NCBI GenBank assembly: GCA_050693035.1 | Contig: JBOGWB010000076.1 | Span: forward strand, 25,069-89,068 | Direction: 5' to 3' | Length of the DNA stretch: 64,000 nt | Source: Actinomycetota bacterium | GTDB lineage: Bacteria; Actinomycetota; UBA4738; CALAEC01 | Part shown: one piece after another, positions 37,147-46,179 of the stretch | How positions within the stretch are numbered: position 1 is the stretch's first letter | Layout of the letters: each line of letters starts with the position of its first letter | The notes under the pieces: model-generated | Databases searched by the model: none | The model's input: only the letters and a program-made list of their open reading frames with translations | What the model was told of the DNA's origin: nothing | Position numbers and translations under genes: made by a program

Positions 37147-38487
37147 TCAGACGGGGCGGGTGGGCTGGTCGGCACCCGATCCGCGAAGCCGTCGCCATCC
37201 CCGGCGAACCGCCCCCAGCACGCTGCGCCACACTTCCTGGCCGTTCGAGCTCGAGGTGGCCTTCGACGAGGCTCCGATGGGGACGATCCGCCCGGGCCCC
37301 ACCGCACGGTCGTCAGCCTCGCGATCCCCGGGCCCGCCGTGTGGAGAAGCCATCTCGGGTGTCTCCGGGGGCTTCGGCGGCCACGTCATGCGGGTATCCC
37401 ACGCATGCAGGAGGAGAATCTTCGCCGCCGCCACGGACGGAACCGCCAGGAGCATGCCCCACAGTCCCAGGAGGGTGCCCCCCGCAAGAAGCGCCAGCAT
37501 TACGGTGACCGGGTGAAGCTTGACCGTTCGGGCCACGATGTTCGGGCTGAGGATGTGGTTGTCGATCTGCTGCACGATGGCCAGGCCGATGCCGGAGCCG
37601 ATCGTCAGCGGCCATCCCGGGTCCAGGTGGAGCAGCCCCCCGGTTGGAGGGATCGCGGTGAAGGCGACGAACGCCGCGACGATGCCGCCGATCCACGGGC
37701 CGACGAAGGGGATGAGGTTGAAGAGCCCCGTGACCAGTCCCACGACCGCCCAGTACGGCAGGCCCACCGCCCACAGCACGATCGCCGAGGCCAGCCCGAC
37801 GAACAGCGACACCAAGAGCTGTCCTCGAAAGAACCCGCCCACGGCCCGGCCGAGCTTCTCCATCACCGACATGAACCCCACCCGTCGGCGCTCGGGGACC
37901 ATGGCCACGACACCCCGCTGGATCTTCGGGAGGTCCACCAGGAGATAGAAGGCCAGGATGGGGCCGAGGATCACCACCAGCACGAAATGGAACACTCCCC
38001 GAGTCAGTGACAGCAGGCTGCCGAGGTAGTCGAGAACCGCCCTCTGGCTCTCCGCGTTGAGTGCCGCCTGCGCGTCGATCCGGAAGTTGAACCGCCGCCC
38101 CAGGCCGTCGAGCGTCTCCACGGCCCGGTCGACCAGACCGGGGAGGGACCTGGCGAACCCGGTGACCTGGTCGGCCACGACCGGGATGAGGTAGGAGAGG
38201 CCCGCCCCGACGAGGGAGAGGACCACCATGTACGTGACGAGAGCGGCGACGATCCGGGGCATCCTCCGCGCCATCCGAGACACCAGCGGGTTCAGGACGT
38301 AAACGAAGATCAGGGCCACGGCCAGCGGAGGGAAGATGATGCGGATGGGGTAGAGGACGTATCGGAGGACGATGAACCCGAGCACGAGGACGCCGATGCC
38401 CGCCCATGCCACCACGCCCCACCGGGCGGCCGCGGCGACGAAGGGGTGGCCGAGCACCCGGGTGCGGTCGTCGTTCACCTCAGCCAT
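37147..38487 (-). CDS. AI-2E family transporter (PerM/YhhT-like permease)
   Basis: 446 aa polytopic; ...LLGLWGMLLAVPSVAAAKILL... C-terminal motif typical of AI-2E/UPF0118. Confidence 0.7.
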   Translation of the reverse strand: MAEVNDDRTRVLGHPFVAAAARWGVVAWAGIGVLVLGFIVLRYVLYPIRIIFPPLAVALIFVYVLNPLVSRMARRMPRIVAALVTYMVVLSLVGAGLSYLIPVVADQVTGFARSLPGLVDRAVETLDGLGRRFNFRIDAQAALNAESQRAVLDYLGSLLSLTRGVFHFVLVVILGPILAFYLLVDLPKIQRGVVAMVPERRRVGFMSVMEKLGRAVGGFFRGQLLVSLFVGLASAIVLWAVGLPYWAVVGLVTGLFNLIPFVGPWIGGIVAAFVAFTAIPPTGGLLHLDPGWPLTIGSGIGLAIVQQIDNHILSPNIVARTVKLHPVTVMLALLAGGTLLGLWGMLLAVPSVAAAKILLLHAWDTRMTWPPKPPETPEMASPHGGPGDREADDRAVGPGRIVPIGASSKATSSSNGQEVWRSVLGAVRRGWRRLRGSGADQPTRPV

Positions 38488-38614
38488 TATGACACCGGCT
38501 TCCGCTCCAACCTCCGGAGAAGCGTTCCTGACACCGAATGACTATCCCGCGATCCCCCGTCCGAGCGGTACAGTCTGCGGAACGGCCGTCCGATAACCGG
38601 GGGGAGGGAATGAC

Positions 38615-39043
38615 GTGCGGATCCTCGTGATCGACGACGAACCCGACGTCCTCCTCCTCTGCCGCGTGAACCTCGAGTACGAGGGCCACGAGGTCGTGGA
38701 GGCCGGCAGCGGGGAGGAGGGCCTCGACCAGGCCGTCCTGCATCGTCCCGACCTGATCGTCCTCGACGTCATGCTCCCCGAGAAGGACGGTTTCTCCGTG
38801 CTGCGGCGGCTCCGCGAGCACAGCGAGCTCGCGGACGTGCCGGTCATCTTCCTCACGGCCAAAGCCCAGGACGACGACCAGATCCGCGGGTTCTTGGCCG
38901 GCGCAGCCGAGTACGTCACCAAGCCGTTCAGCCCGGTGGCGCTCAACCACGCGGTGAGCCGTGTGGGGGCGATGACCCCCGCCGAACGCGACACCCGGCG
39001 GAACGAGCAGCTCGCACGGCTCTCCCTCCTGGCCGGACCATAA
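38615..39043 (+). CDS. Single-domain response-regulator receiver protein
   Basis: GTG start; VRILVIDDEPDVLLL...DLIVLDVMLPEKDG...VIFLTAK...TKPFSP canonical receiver. Confidence 0.8.
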   Translation: MRILVIDDEPDVLLLCRVNLEYEGHEVVEAGSGEEGLDQAVLHRPDLIVLDVMLPEKDGFSVLRRLREHSELADVPVIFLTAKAQDDDQIRGFLAGAAEYVTKPFSPVALNHAVSRVGAMTPAERDTRRNEQLARLSLLAGP

Positions 39044-39113
39044 GACACCGCCAGCAGCAGCCGCCGGAAACCGCACCGGAAACCGCACCCGTGCTCCCGA
39101 TAGACTGACGGGC

Positions 39114-40352
39114 ATGCTGGTCAGCGTCCCCGTTCCCGAGGGCAAGCGCCTCGACGACTACGCGGAACCGGCAGGTGAGGAGGCCGTCGCCCGTCTCCGT
39201 GAGGCTGCCGAGCCCCTCAAGGGGTGCCGCCTGGTCCACATCAGCAGCACCTCGTTCGGCGGCGGGGTAGCCGAGCTTCTGGTCACCCAGGTGGCCCTGC
39301 TCCGCGACCTGGGCATCGACGCCGACTGGCAGCTCATCGAGGGCTCCGAGGAGTTCTTCGCCGTCACCAAGCTCGTCCACAACGCCCTCCAAGGAGCGGG
39401 GATCCCGTGGACCGAGTCCATGGAGGCCACCTACCTGGAGCGAGTGGAAGCCAACTCCCATCGATTCGAGGAGAACGCGGACTTCGTGTTCGTCCACGAT
39501 CCGCAGCCCGCCGCACTCCTCACGTTCCTCGAGGAGGCTGGGCGACGGCACGGGAAATGGGTCTGGCGTTGCCACATCGACCTCTCGCACCCGATGGAAA
39601 CCGTCTGGGGCTTCTTCGCCAACCACGTCCACGGCTACGACGCCGCCGTCTTCACCATGGAGGACTTCGTCCGCCCAGGGCTCACGCCGAGGATCGCGGT
39701 GATCCCCCCCTCGATCGATCCCCTCTCTCCGAAGAACAGCTGGCTCGAGCCGGAGGCGGTCTTCGAGATCCTCCAGGGGTACGGGATCGACCGGTGGCGT
39801 CCTCTCGTCCTCCAAGTGTCTCGATTCGACCCGTGGAAGGACCCCCTTGGTGTGATCGACGCCTATCGCATCGTCAAGGAGGAGATCCCCGAACTCCAGC
39901 TGATCATGGTGGGGTCGATGGCTCACGACGACCCCGAGGGCTGGCACTACATCGAGCAGACGGAGGAGCACCGAGCGGGCGACCCCGACGTGCACATCCT
40001 CACCAATCTCCAGGGCGTGGGCGACGTCGCGGTCAACGCGTTCCAGCGAGGATGTACCGTGGCCATCCAGAAGTCGCTCCGCGAGGGGTTCGGCCTGACC
40101 GTCTCGGAGGCCATGTGGAAGGAGAAACCCGTGATCGCGGGCAACGCCGGAGGCCTGAGGCTCCAGGTCGAGGAAGGGACCACCGGGTTCCTGGTCGACA
40201 CCGTCGAGGAGTGCGCCGACCGTATGCGCCACCTCTTGACCGACGTCGATCTCCGTACCCGGATGGGCCTGGCCGGGCGGGAACGGGTTCGTGAACACTT
40301 CCTTTCGATCCGCGAGCTCGACGACTACCTTCGGCTCCTCGCGTCGCTGTGA
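39114..40352 (+). CDS. treT: Trehalose glycosyltransferring synthase TreT (GT4)
   Basis: Near-signature matches to archaeal/Rubrobacter TreT: HISSTSFGGGVAELL, VHDPQPAAL, WRCHIDLS, IPPSIDPLS, QVSRFDPWKD, MAHDDPEGW, REGFGLTVSEAMWK. Confidence 0.8.
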   Translation: MLVSVPVPEGKRLDDYAEPAGEEAVARLREAAEPLKGCRLVHISSTSFGGGVAELLVTQVALLRDLGIDADWQLIEGSEEFFAVTKLVHNALQGAGIPWTESMEATYLERVEANSHRFEENADFVFVHDPQPAALLTFLEEAGRRHGKWVWRCHIDLSHPMETVWGFFANHVHGYDAAVFTMEDFVRPGLTPRIAVIPPSIDPLSPKNSWLEPEAVFEILQGYGIDRWRPLVLQVSRFDPWKDPLGVIDAYRIVKEEIPELQLIMVGSMAHDDPEGWHYIEQTEEHRAGDPDVHILTNLQGVGDVAVNAFQRGCTVAIQKSLREGFGLTVSEAMWKEKPVIAGNAGGLRLQVEEGTTGFLVDTVEECADRMRHLLTDVDLRTRMGLAGRERVREHFLSIRELDDYLRLLASL

Positions 40353-41803
40353 TCTCCACCAGCCGGGTACTCGTGGCCTCGAACCGCGGGCCGGTCACGT
40401 TCGTTCCGGAAGGCGACCACCTGGTTCCCAGGCGCGGCGCGGGGGGCCTGGTGAGCTCGCTCAGCTCGGCGGTTCAGACCACCGCCGGGCTGTGGGTCTC
40501 CTCGGCGATGAGTCCCGGCGACCGCGAGAGAGCGAGTCGCTCGGCCGACGGACGGATCGAGGTGATCACCGACGAGGCCAAGTTCCAGGTCCGGCTCCTC
40601 ACATTCGACGACGAGACCTACGACCTGGCCTACAACCAGGTGAGCAACCGGATCCTGTGGTTCCTCCATCACCACCTGTGGGACGTTCCCCGCACACCGA
40701 GCTTCGACTCCAAGACGCGACGAGCCTGGGAGGCGTACCGCCGGTACAACGTGACGTTCGCTGAGGCTCTAGCAGAGGAGGCGAGGACCGAGCGGACCAC
40801 CGCCCTGGTCCAGGACTACCACCTCTGTCTCGTCCCCCGGGTCCTCCGTGACCTGACTCCGGCAACGAGGATCGCCCACTTCCACCACTCCCCCTTCGCC
40901 GGGCCAGACGAGCTCCGGCTTCTCCCCGAGCCCATGTGGCGCGAGCTCCTCGAGGGACTGTTGGGGGCGGACCTTCTCGGGTTCCACACCGAGCGATGGG
41001 CCCAGAACTTCCTGGCATGCTGCCGGCTCCTGGAGGGGGCCACGTGTCGGGGGCGATCCGTGAAGTGGCAGGGACGGACGGTGCGGCTGGGGGTCTTCCC
41101 CATCTCTATCGACGCCGACGACCTTCGGGAGCGCGCCCGAGCTCCGGAGGTCGAGGAGAAGCGAGAGGACCTCCTCCGGTCGCTGGGCGGCCGCACCCTG
41201 CTGCTGCGAGTGGATCGGACCGACCTGTCGAAGAACATCGTTCGGGGATTCCAGGCGTACGGCGACCTCCTGCGCCGGTACCCCGAGTGGCGGGCGAAGG
41301 TCATGTTCCTGGCGCTGCTCAACCCGTCCCGACAGCGGGTGCCGGAGTACCGCGCCTACACGGAAGAGCTCTCGGAGGCGGCCGAGGCGGTGAACCTTGA
41401 GTTCGGAGATGCCGGGTGGCAGCCCCTGGAGGTCAGGATGGGCGACGACTGGGACGAGGTCATCGCGGCCTACGGCATCTACGACGTCCTCATGGTCAAC
41501 CCGGTGTTCGACGGGATGAACCTGGTGGCGAAGGAGGGCCCGCTCTTGAACCGCCGGAACGGGGTGCTCCTGCTGTCACGGAACGCGGGCGCCTACGCCG
41601 AGCTCGGGAAGCACTCCCTTCCGGTGAGTCCGCTCGACGTGGCCGGGACGGCGGACGCGCTCGACGAGGCGCTGCGGATGGGCCCGGAGGAGCGGAGGAC
41701 GAGGGCGCAGGCGCTTCGCAGGGTGGCCGGAGCCAGGACGCCGGCCCGATGGGCGTCCGCGCAGCTCCGTGAGCTCGACCGCATCGCGCCCATGGACGCC
41801 TAG
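40349..41803 (+). CDS. otsA: Alpha,alpha-trehalose-phosphate synthase (GT20)
   Basis: VLVASNRGPV...YNQVSNRILWFLHHHLWD...DYHLCLVPRVLR...; GTG start overlapping the treT stop. Confidence 0.85.
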   Translation: MISTSRVLVASNRGPVTFVPEGDHLVPRRGAGGLVSSLSSAVQTTAGLWVSSAMSPGDRERASRSADGRIEVITDEAKFQVRLLTFDDETYDLAYNQVSNRILWFLHHHLWDVPRTPSFDSKTRRAWEAYRRYNVTFAEALAEEARTERTTALVQDYHLCLVPRVLRDLTPATRIAHFHHSPFAGPDELRLLPEPMWRELLEGLLGADLLGFHTERWAQNFLACCRLLEGATCRGRSVKWQGRTVRLGVFPISIDADDLRERARAPEVEEKREDLLRSLGGRTLLLRVDRTDLSKNIVRGFQAYGDLLRRYPEWRAKVMFLALLNPSRQRVPEYRAYTEELSEAAEAVNLEFGDAGWQPLEVRMGDDWDEVIAAYGIYDVLMVNPVFDGMNLVAKEGPLLNRRNGVLLLSRNAGAYAELGKHSLPVSPLDVAGTADALDEALRMGPEERRTRAQALRRVAGARTPARWASAQLRELDRIAPMDA

Positions 41804-42618
41804 CCCGAGGCGTCCGGGCCTTCCTCCCGCAGCCGGCCCGTCAGCTCCCGGAGCAGGGCCACGACCCGATCGGGACCCTCTACCACAACATCCGCCGCCT
41901 CGATGAGCCCCGCCGGCGCCTCCGGGTGACGGACGGCAACCTTCAGCGTGGTCAGGCCGTCCTCGGTGAGCCGGTCGATGGCCTCGAACGCCGCCTCGTC
42001 GGCTGCGTCATCTCCCGCATACATCGCCGCTCTCAGCCCCGAGCTCTTCACCACCCGAGCGACCACGTCCCCCTTCGTGGGGCCGCCCACGGCGGCAAGC
42101 TCCACTACCTTCTTTCCCTCGAGGAGACGATAGCCGTGGGCTTCCGCGACCGGGCGGAGCCTCTCCACGAGGACCCGCCGGGCCGTTTCCGGCTCAGGCG
42201 AGGCCCGGTAGTGCACCGCCACCTGGAGCCCCTTCGCCTCCACGCGGCTGCCGGGCACCAGGGCGGCGGCCCGCTCCACGTCGGGGAGGACGGACTCCAG
42301 AGCGGCCACCAGCTCCGCCGATCGCGACACCGGGCCGCGCTCGTCTTCCAGGCCGTACAACCCGAAGCACCGCACGGGAGCCTCGAGCATCGCCGCCACC
42401 GCACCGGCCCGCCGTCCGCTGATCACCACGGTCTCCGCGCCCGCGGCGACCAGCCCCTCCAGAGCGTCGCGAAGCCCCGGGGCGGGACGGGCCTCCTCCG
42501 GCGTCGGCGCGATCTCCGAGAGGGTCCCATCGTAATCGAGGAAGACCCCGACCGGACGCGCTTCCCCGGGGAACCATCCGGGGAGGCCCGCGGCCCGCTC
42601 GCTGGGTTCCGCCGGCAT
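41800..42618 (-). CDS. otsB: Trehalose-6-phosphate phosphatase (HAD-IIB)
   Basis: VFLDYDGTLSEIAPTP motif I, ISGR, ...YAGDDAADEAAF; convergent with otsA with a 4-bp overlap. Confidence 0.8.
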   Translation of the reverse strand: MPAEPSERAAGLPGWFPGEARPVGVFLDYDGTLSEIAPTPEEARPAPGLRDALEGLVAAGAETVVISGRRAGAVAAMLEAPVRCFGLYGLEDERGPVSRSAELVAALESVLPDVERAAALVPGSRVEAKGLQVAVHYRASPEPETARRVLVERLRPVAEAHGYRLLEGKKVVELAAVGGPTKGDVVARVVKSSGLRAAMYAGDDAADEAAFEAIDRLTEDGLTTLKVAVRHPEAPAGLIEAADVVVEGPDRVVALLRELTGRLREEGPDASG

Positions 42619-42650
42619 CCGGGCAAGCCTACCGTGCTACCCTCCGGCCG

Positions 42651-43478
42651 GTGCGCCGCACGGTCCCGCTGCTCTGCCTCCTCCTTGCCGCGACTCTCTC
42701 GTCGTGCGCGGATCACCGCGTGCTCCTCGCCAGCAGGCCGGGCGGGGGCCCGCCGCTCACGTTCCGCCTCGAGCTCACCGCGGACGTGGACCGGACCCTC
42801 GAGGGGGAGACGCGCGGGCAGCGCATCGAGGCGGCGTTCCGTGTCGTGCAAGACGTCCTGGCCTACCAGCAGGACGGGACCGCCCGGGCCCGCCTGACCC
42901 TCGCCCCGACCTCGCTCGAAGTGGATGGTCAGCGAGTGGCGGTGGGGCCGGGGCAGGAGTTCCTGGTTGCGCTGGCTCCCGACGGCCGCATGGTGGAGAT
43001 CGAGGAATCGACCGGCGAGCCGGCCGAGGCCCTGGAGCCCGTGGGCCTGGAGCGGCTCCTCCCTCGCCTCGGCCCCGTGCTCCCCGGAGCCCCCGTCGGC
43101 ATCGGGGAGACGTGGAGATCCGACACCGAGTTCGCCGACGAGACCGGCAGCTTCTCGGTGGCCCTCCGTTCACACCTCGCTCGCCTGGGGATGCGAGATG
43201 GGGAGCCCGCGGCCCTGGTGCGCACGACCTACGTGTCACCGGTGCGCCGGCGGGAGGTGTTCGCCAACGCGGTTGCAGAGATCGACGGCCAGGACGTGGG
43301 CACACAGGAGGCGTGGTTCGCGCTCGGAGGATTCCTCATCCAGGCCTCGGGCGACTCGGTCGGAAGCTATCGAGTGACGTTCCGGCCCCCCGGCGGCGAG
43401 GACGTGCTCGACCCGGTGCGAGGCTCGTTGGACGTCAGGCTCCACACGGAGATGCGCCTGGTTTCGCAGGGATCATGA
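42651..43478 (+). CDS. Hypothetical lipoprotein
   Basis: Signal peptide with lipobox (LLCLLLAATLSSC); no recognisable domain. Confidence 0.5.
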   Translation: MRRTVPLLCLLLAATLSSCADHRVLLASRPGGGPPLTFRLELTADVDRTLEGETRGQRIEAAFRVVQDVLAYQQDGTARARLTLAPTSLEVDGQRVAVGPGQEFLVALAPDGRMVEIEESTGEPAEALEPVGLERLLPRLGPVLPGAPVGIGETWRSDTEFADETGSFSVALRSHLARLGMRDGEPAALVRTTYVSPVRRREVFANAVAEIDGQDVGTQEAWFALGGFLIQASGDSVGSYRVTFRPPGGEDVLDPVRGSLDVRLHTEMRLVSQGS

Positions 43479-43517
43479 GCGGCCTCTCGGGATGGGCGGC
43501 CGCGCGATCTGTGATCG

Positions 43518-44060
43518 CTATTGGTTCCGCTCGGCCCAGTCCAGACCGACGACCACCGTGATCTGGACGTCGGGGTCGAGCTGGCCGGTGGCCCGCTCCA
43601 GCTTCGCCCCCGCGAAGACCGTGTCGCGGAGGTGCCGGGCCTCGAGCCTCGAGTCGTTGCGGAAGAAGAGCGTGGTGACCTCGTACGGCTTCGCCTGGGC
43701 GTCTCCGATGTCCTCGTCGTCCACCCGGTAGCCGAGCTGCTTGAGCCTCTGCGCGGTGGTCGCCGCGAGGCCCGTCTCCGTCGTCCCGTTCAGGACGGCC
43801 AGCCGGACTCCCCGCACATCGGGGCTGGGCTGCTCCGGCGGCGGGGTGGTCTCTTCGCCGGGCGGCGTCGTGGGCTCCTGGGTGGGAGTCGTCGGGGCTC
43901 CCGTGGACTGCGGCACCGGCGCCTCGGTCTGAGGGAAGGCGCGCGACAACACGAACAGCCCGACCACGAGGGCCGTGACGACGAGCGCGGCTCTCAGCGC
44001 CCCGGTAGCCAAGGAGACGTAGAACGTGGTTCTGGTCGGCGGCTCATGCTTCCCGTTCAA
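43518..44060 (-). CDS. Membrane-anchored LytR_C-domain protein
   Basis: N-terminal TM, Pro/Thr-rich linker, C-terminal VRLAVLNGTTETGLAATTAQRLKQLGYRV... typical of LytR C-terminal domain. Confidence 0.6.
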   Translation of the reverse strand: MNGKHEPPTRTTFYVSLATGALRAALVVTALVVGLFVLSRAFPQTEAPVPQSTGAPTTPTQEPTTPPGEETTPPPEQPSPDVRGVRLAVLNGTTETGLAATTAQRLKQLGYRVDDEDIGDAQAKPYEVTTLFFRNDSRLEARHLRDTVFAGAKLERATGQLDPDVQITVVVGLDWAERNQ

Positions 44061-44159
44061 ACCTCCCCCGCGGGCTTTGTCCTCCGGTCCTGCTCCCGAG
44101 CATATCCGGGGCGTGTGGGGTCTTCAACGGCCTTGACGGGGCCAAGAGCGCACCCACTG

Positions 44160-45425
44160 CTACGGGTACAACCCACGCGTCTGGTGAGCCTCCGCCACCC
44201 GGGAGACTCCAAGGATGGTGGCGGCTCGCCGCATGGTGACGTCTCGCCCCTTCGCCATGTCGAGCACGCACACGTAGGCCTCCTCCATCAGGGTACGGAG
44301 CCGGTCGTTCACTTCGTCCTCCTTCCAGAAGTAGGCGTACAGGTCCTGGACCCACTCGAAATAGGAGACGGTGACTCCCCCTGCGTTGGCGAGGATGTCG
44401 GGAACCACGTGTACGCCTCTGTCGTTCAGGATCTCGTCGGCCTCGGTGGTCACGGGGCCGTTGGCAGCCTCCACGACCACTCGCGCTTGGACCCGGTCGG
44501 CGTTCTTCTCCGTGATGACTCCCTCGAGCGCCGCCGGGACCAGGACATCGCACTCGAGCTCGAGGATCGCTTCGCTCGGCACCGGGTTCCCCCCCGGGAA
44601 CCCGGCCACCGTGCCGGCCTCCTCGTGGTACCGGGCGAGCTCCTCGGGGGAAAGGCCGCGTGGGTTGTAGACTCCCCCGTTCACGTCGGCCACCCCCACC
44701 ACCAGGCAGCCCTGAGCGGCAAGGAAGTCGACCACGGGTGCCCCGACCTTCCCGTACCCCTGCACCACGACACGGGCTTCGTCCACCGGCATGGCCAGGT
44801 GCTTGAGCGTGGCGACGGTCACGTACATCACCCCGCGAGCGGTGGCTGCCCGGCGGCCGGCCGATCCTCCCACCGACTGAGGTTTGCCCGTGACGACGCC
44901 AGGAACGGAGAAGCCCTGGTTCATCGAGTACGTGTCCATGATCCACGCCATCACCTGCTCGTCGGTACCCACGTCCGGCGCGGGGATGTCACGTTCCGGC
45001 CCGATCAGAGGAAGGATCTCCGACGCGTAGCGACGGGTCAGCTTCTCCAGCTCGCCGATGGAGAGCTCCTTCGGGTTCACCACCACACCACCCTTGGCAC
45101 CGCCGTACGGTATGCCCACGACCGCGCACTTCCAGGTCATCCACATCGCCAGGGCCTTGACCTCGTCCAGGGTCACGCTGGGGTGATAGCGGATCCCGCC
45201 CTTCGACGGGCCGCGGGAGGTGTTGTGGTGGACCCGGTATCCCGTGAACACACGCACGTGGCCGTCGTCCATACGCACGGGGACCGCCACCTCGAGGGCC
45301 CGCTTGGGATGGCGGAGGACCTCGTGAACGTTCGGGTCGAGCCCCATGATGGCGGCGGCCTGGTCCAGCTGACGCAGGGCCTGCTCCCAGGCACTCTCGC
45401 TCACGTGGGCCGCCACGTCGCGCAC
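44160..45425 (-). CDS. gdhA: Glutamate dehydrogenase (NAD(P)+)
   Basis: ...GGIRYHPSVTLDEVKALAMWMTWKCAVVGIPYGGAKGGVVVNP... with catalytic Lys box. GTG start at 45425 inferred; the upstream part of ORF 44160..46031 is antisense to the GNAT gene. Confidence 0.85.
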   Translation of the reverse strand: MRDVAAHVSESAWEQALRQLDQAAAIMGLDPNVHEVLRHPKRALEVAVPVRMDDGHVRVFTGYRVHHNTSRGPSKGGIRYHPSVTLDEVKALAMWMTWKCAVVGIPYGGAKGGVVVNPKELSIGELEKLTRRYASEILPLIGPERDIPAPDVGTDEQVMAWIMDTYSMNQGFSVPGVVTGKPQSVGGSAGRRAATARGVMYVTVATLKHLAMPVDEARVVVQGYGKVGAPVVDFLAAQGCLVVGVADVNGGVYNPRGLSPEELARYHEEAGTVAGFPGGNPVPSEAILELECDVLVPAALEGVITEKNADRVQARVVVEAANGPVTTEADEILNDRGVHVVPDILANAGGVTVSYFEWVQDLYAYFWKEDEVNDRLRTLMEEAYVCVLDMAKGRDVTMRRAATILGVSRVAEAHQTRGLYP

Positions 45426-45436
45426 GAAGGGGAAGT

Positions 45437-46018
45437 CTAGCCGCTCGGCGAGGCCGGATTCAGTTCCGACCACCGGGCCCGGGGCATCCCGTAGACCACG
45501 TGGTCGACGAAATGATCGTAGAGCCACTCGGCCCTGCGGACCACCCCGTCCTCGTCGAACCCCAGTCGGACGGGGACGGCCCGGCTCCGGAGGTTCTCCG
45601 TCGCTGCCCGGATCTCCACCCGCTCGAGGGAGAGCTCCCTCACCGCGTGGTCGACGAGCGCGCGGCACGCCCGGGTCATGATGCCCCTTCCCTCGAACTC
45701 CTGGCCGAGCCAGTAGCCGAGCGCGACCCGTCGCCGCGGCCAGTCGATGCGGTGGTAGCCGACCACTCCGGCCAGCTCTCCTCGGTACCAGATGCCGGCC
45801 TGGAACCCGTCTCCTTCCCGCTCCTGCTCCCGGGCGGTGCGGATGAAGGCCCGAGTGTCGTGAACCGTGCGAGTACCGTCCACCCACGGAAGCCAGGCCC
45901 GCAGATGGTCCCGGTTTCGGTCGGTCAGAACGAACAGCGTATCCGCGTCGGGCTCGTCGAGCGCTCTCAACTCGATCTCCCCGTCGAGACGGCGATGGAA
46001 GAGGGCCTGCGTGGTCAT
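45437..46018 (-). CDS. GNAT N-acetyltransferase (RimJ/RimL-like)
   Basis: 193 aa, acetyl-CoA-binding Q/RxxGxG/A-like segment (LGQEFEGRGIMTRACRALVDHAV). Confidence 0.7.
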   Translation of the reverse strand: MTTQALFHRRLDGEIELRALDEPDADTLFVLTDRNRDHLRAWLPWVDGTRTVHDTRAFIRTAREQEREGDGFQAGIWYRGELAGVVGYHRIDWPRRRVALGYWLGQEFEGRGIMTRACRALVDHAVRELSLERVEIRAATENLRSRAVPVRLGFDEDGVVRRAEWLYDHFVDHVVYGMPRARWSELNPASPSG

Positions 46019-46179
46019 CGTCCCCTTCCACGGTACGACAGCCTGTCCCCTCGCGCCTCGGGTCTCGCCGTGACCTCTACCCCCGCCGGGGGCGGTGACG
46101 GCCCCGTGGGCGGGAGACGCTTACGGGTACGTCAATCACTCCTCCCCACGGATTCGCCGCGTAGGGTAACGTCCGCCCA

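Noticed and set aside
43521-46031. 639-aa plus ORF and the N-terminal 200 aa of the 623-aa minus ORF (44160..46031)
   Set aside because: The plus ORF is antisense to gdh. The 5' part of the minus ORF is antisense to the GNAT gene, and GDH homology starts at the GTG at 45425.
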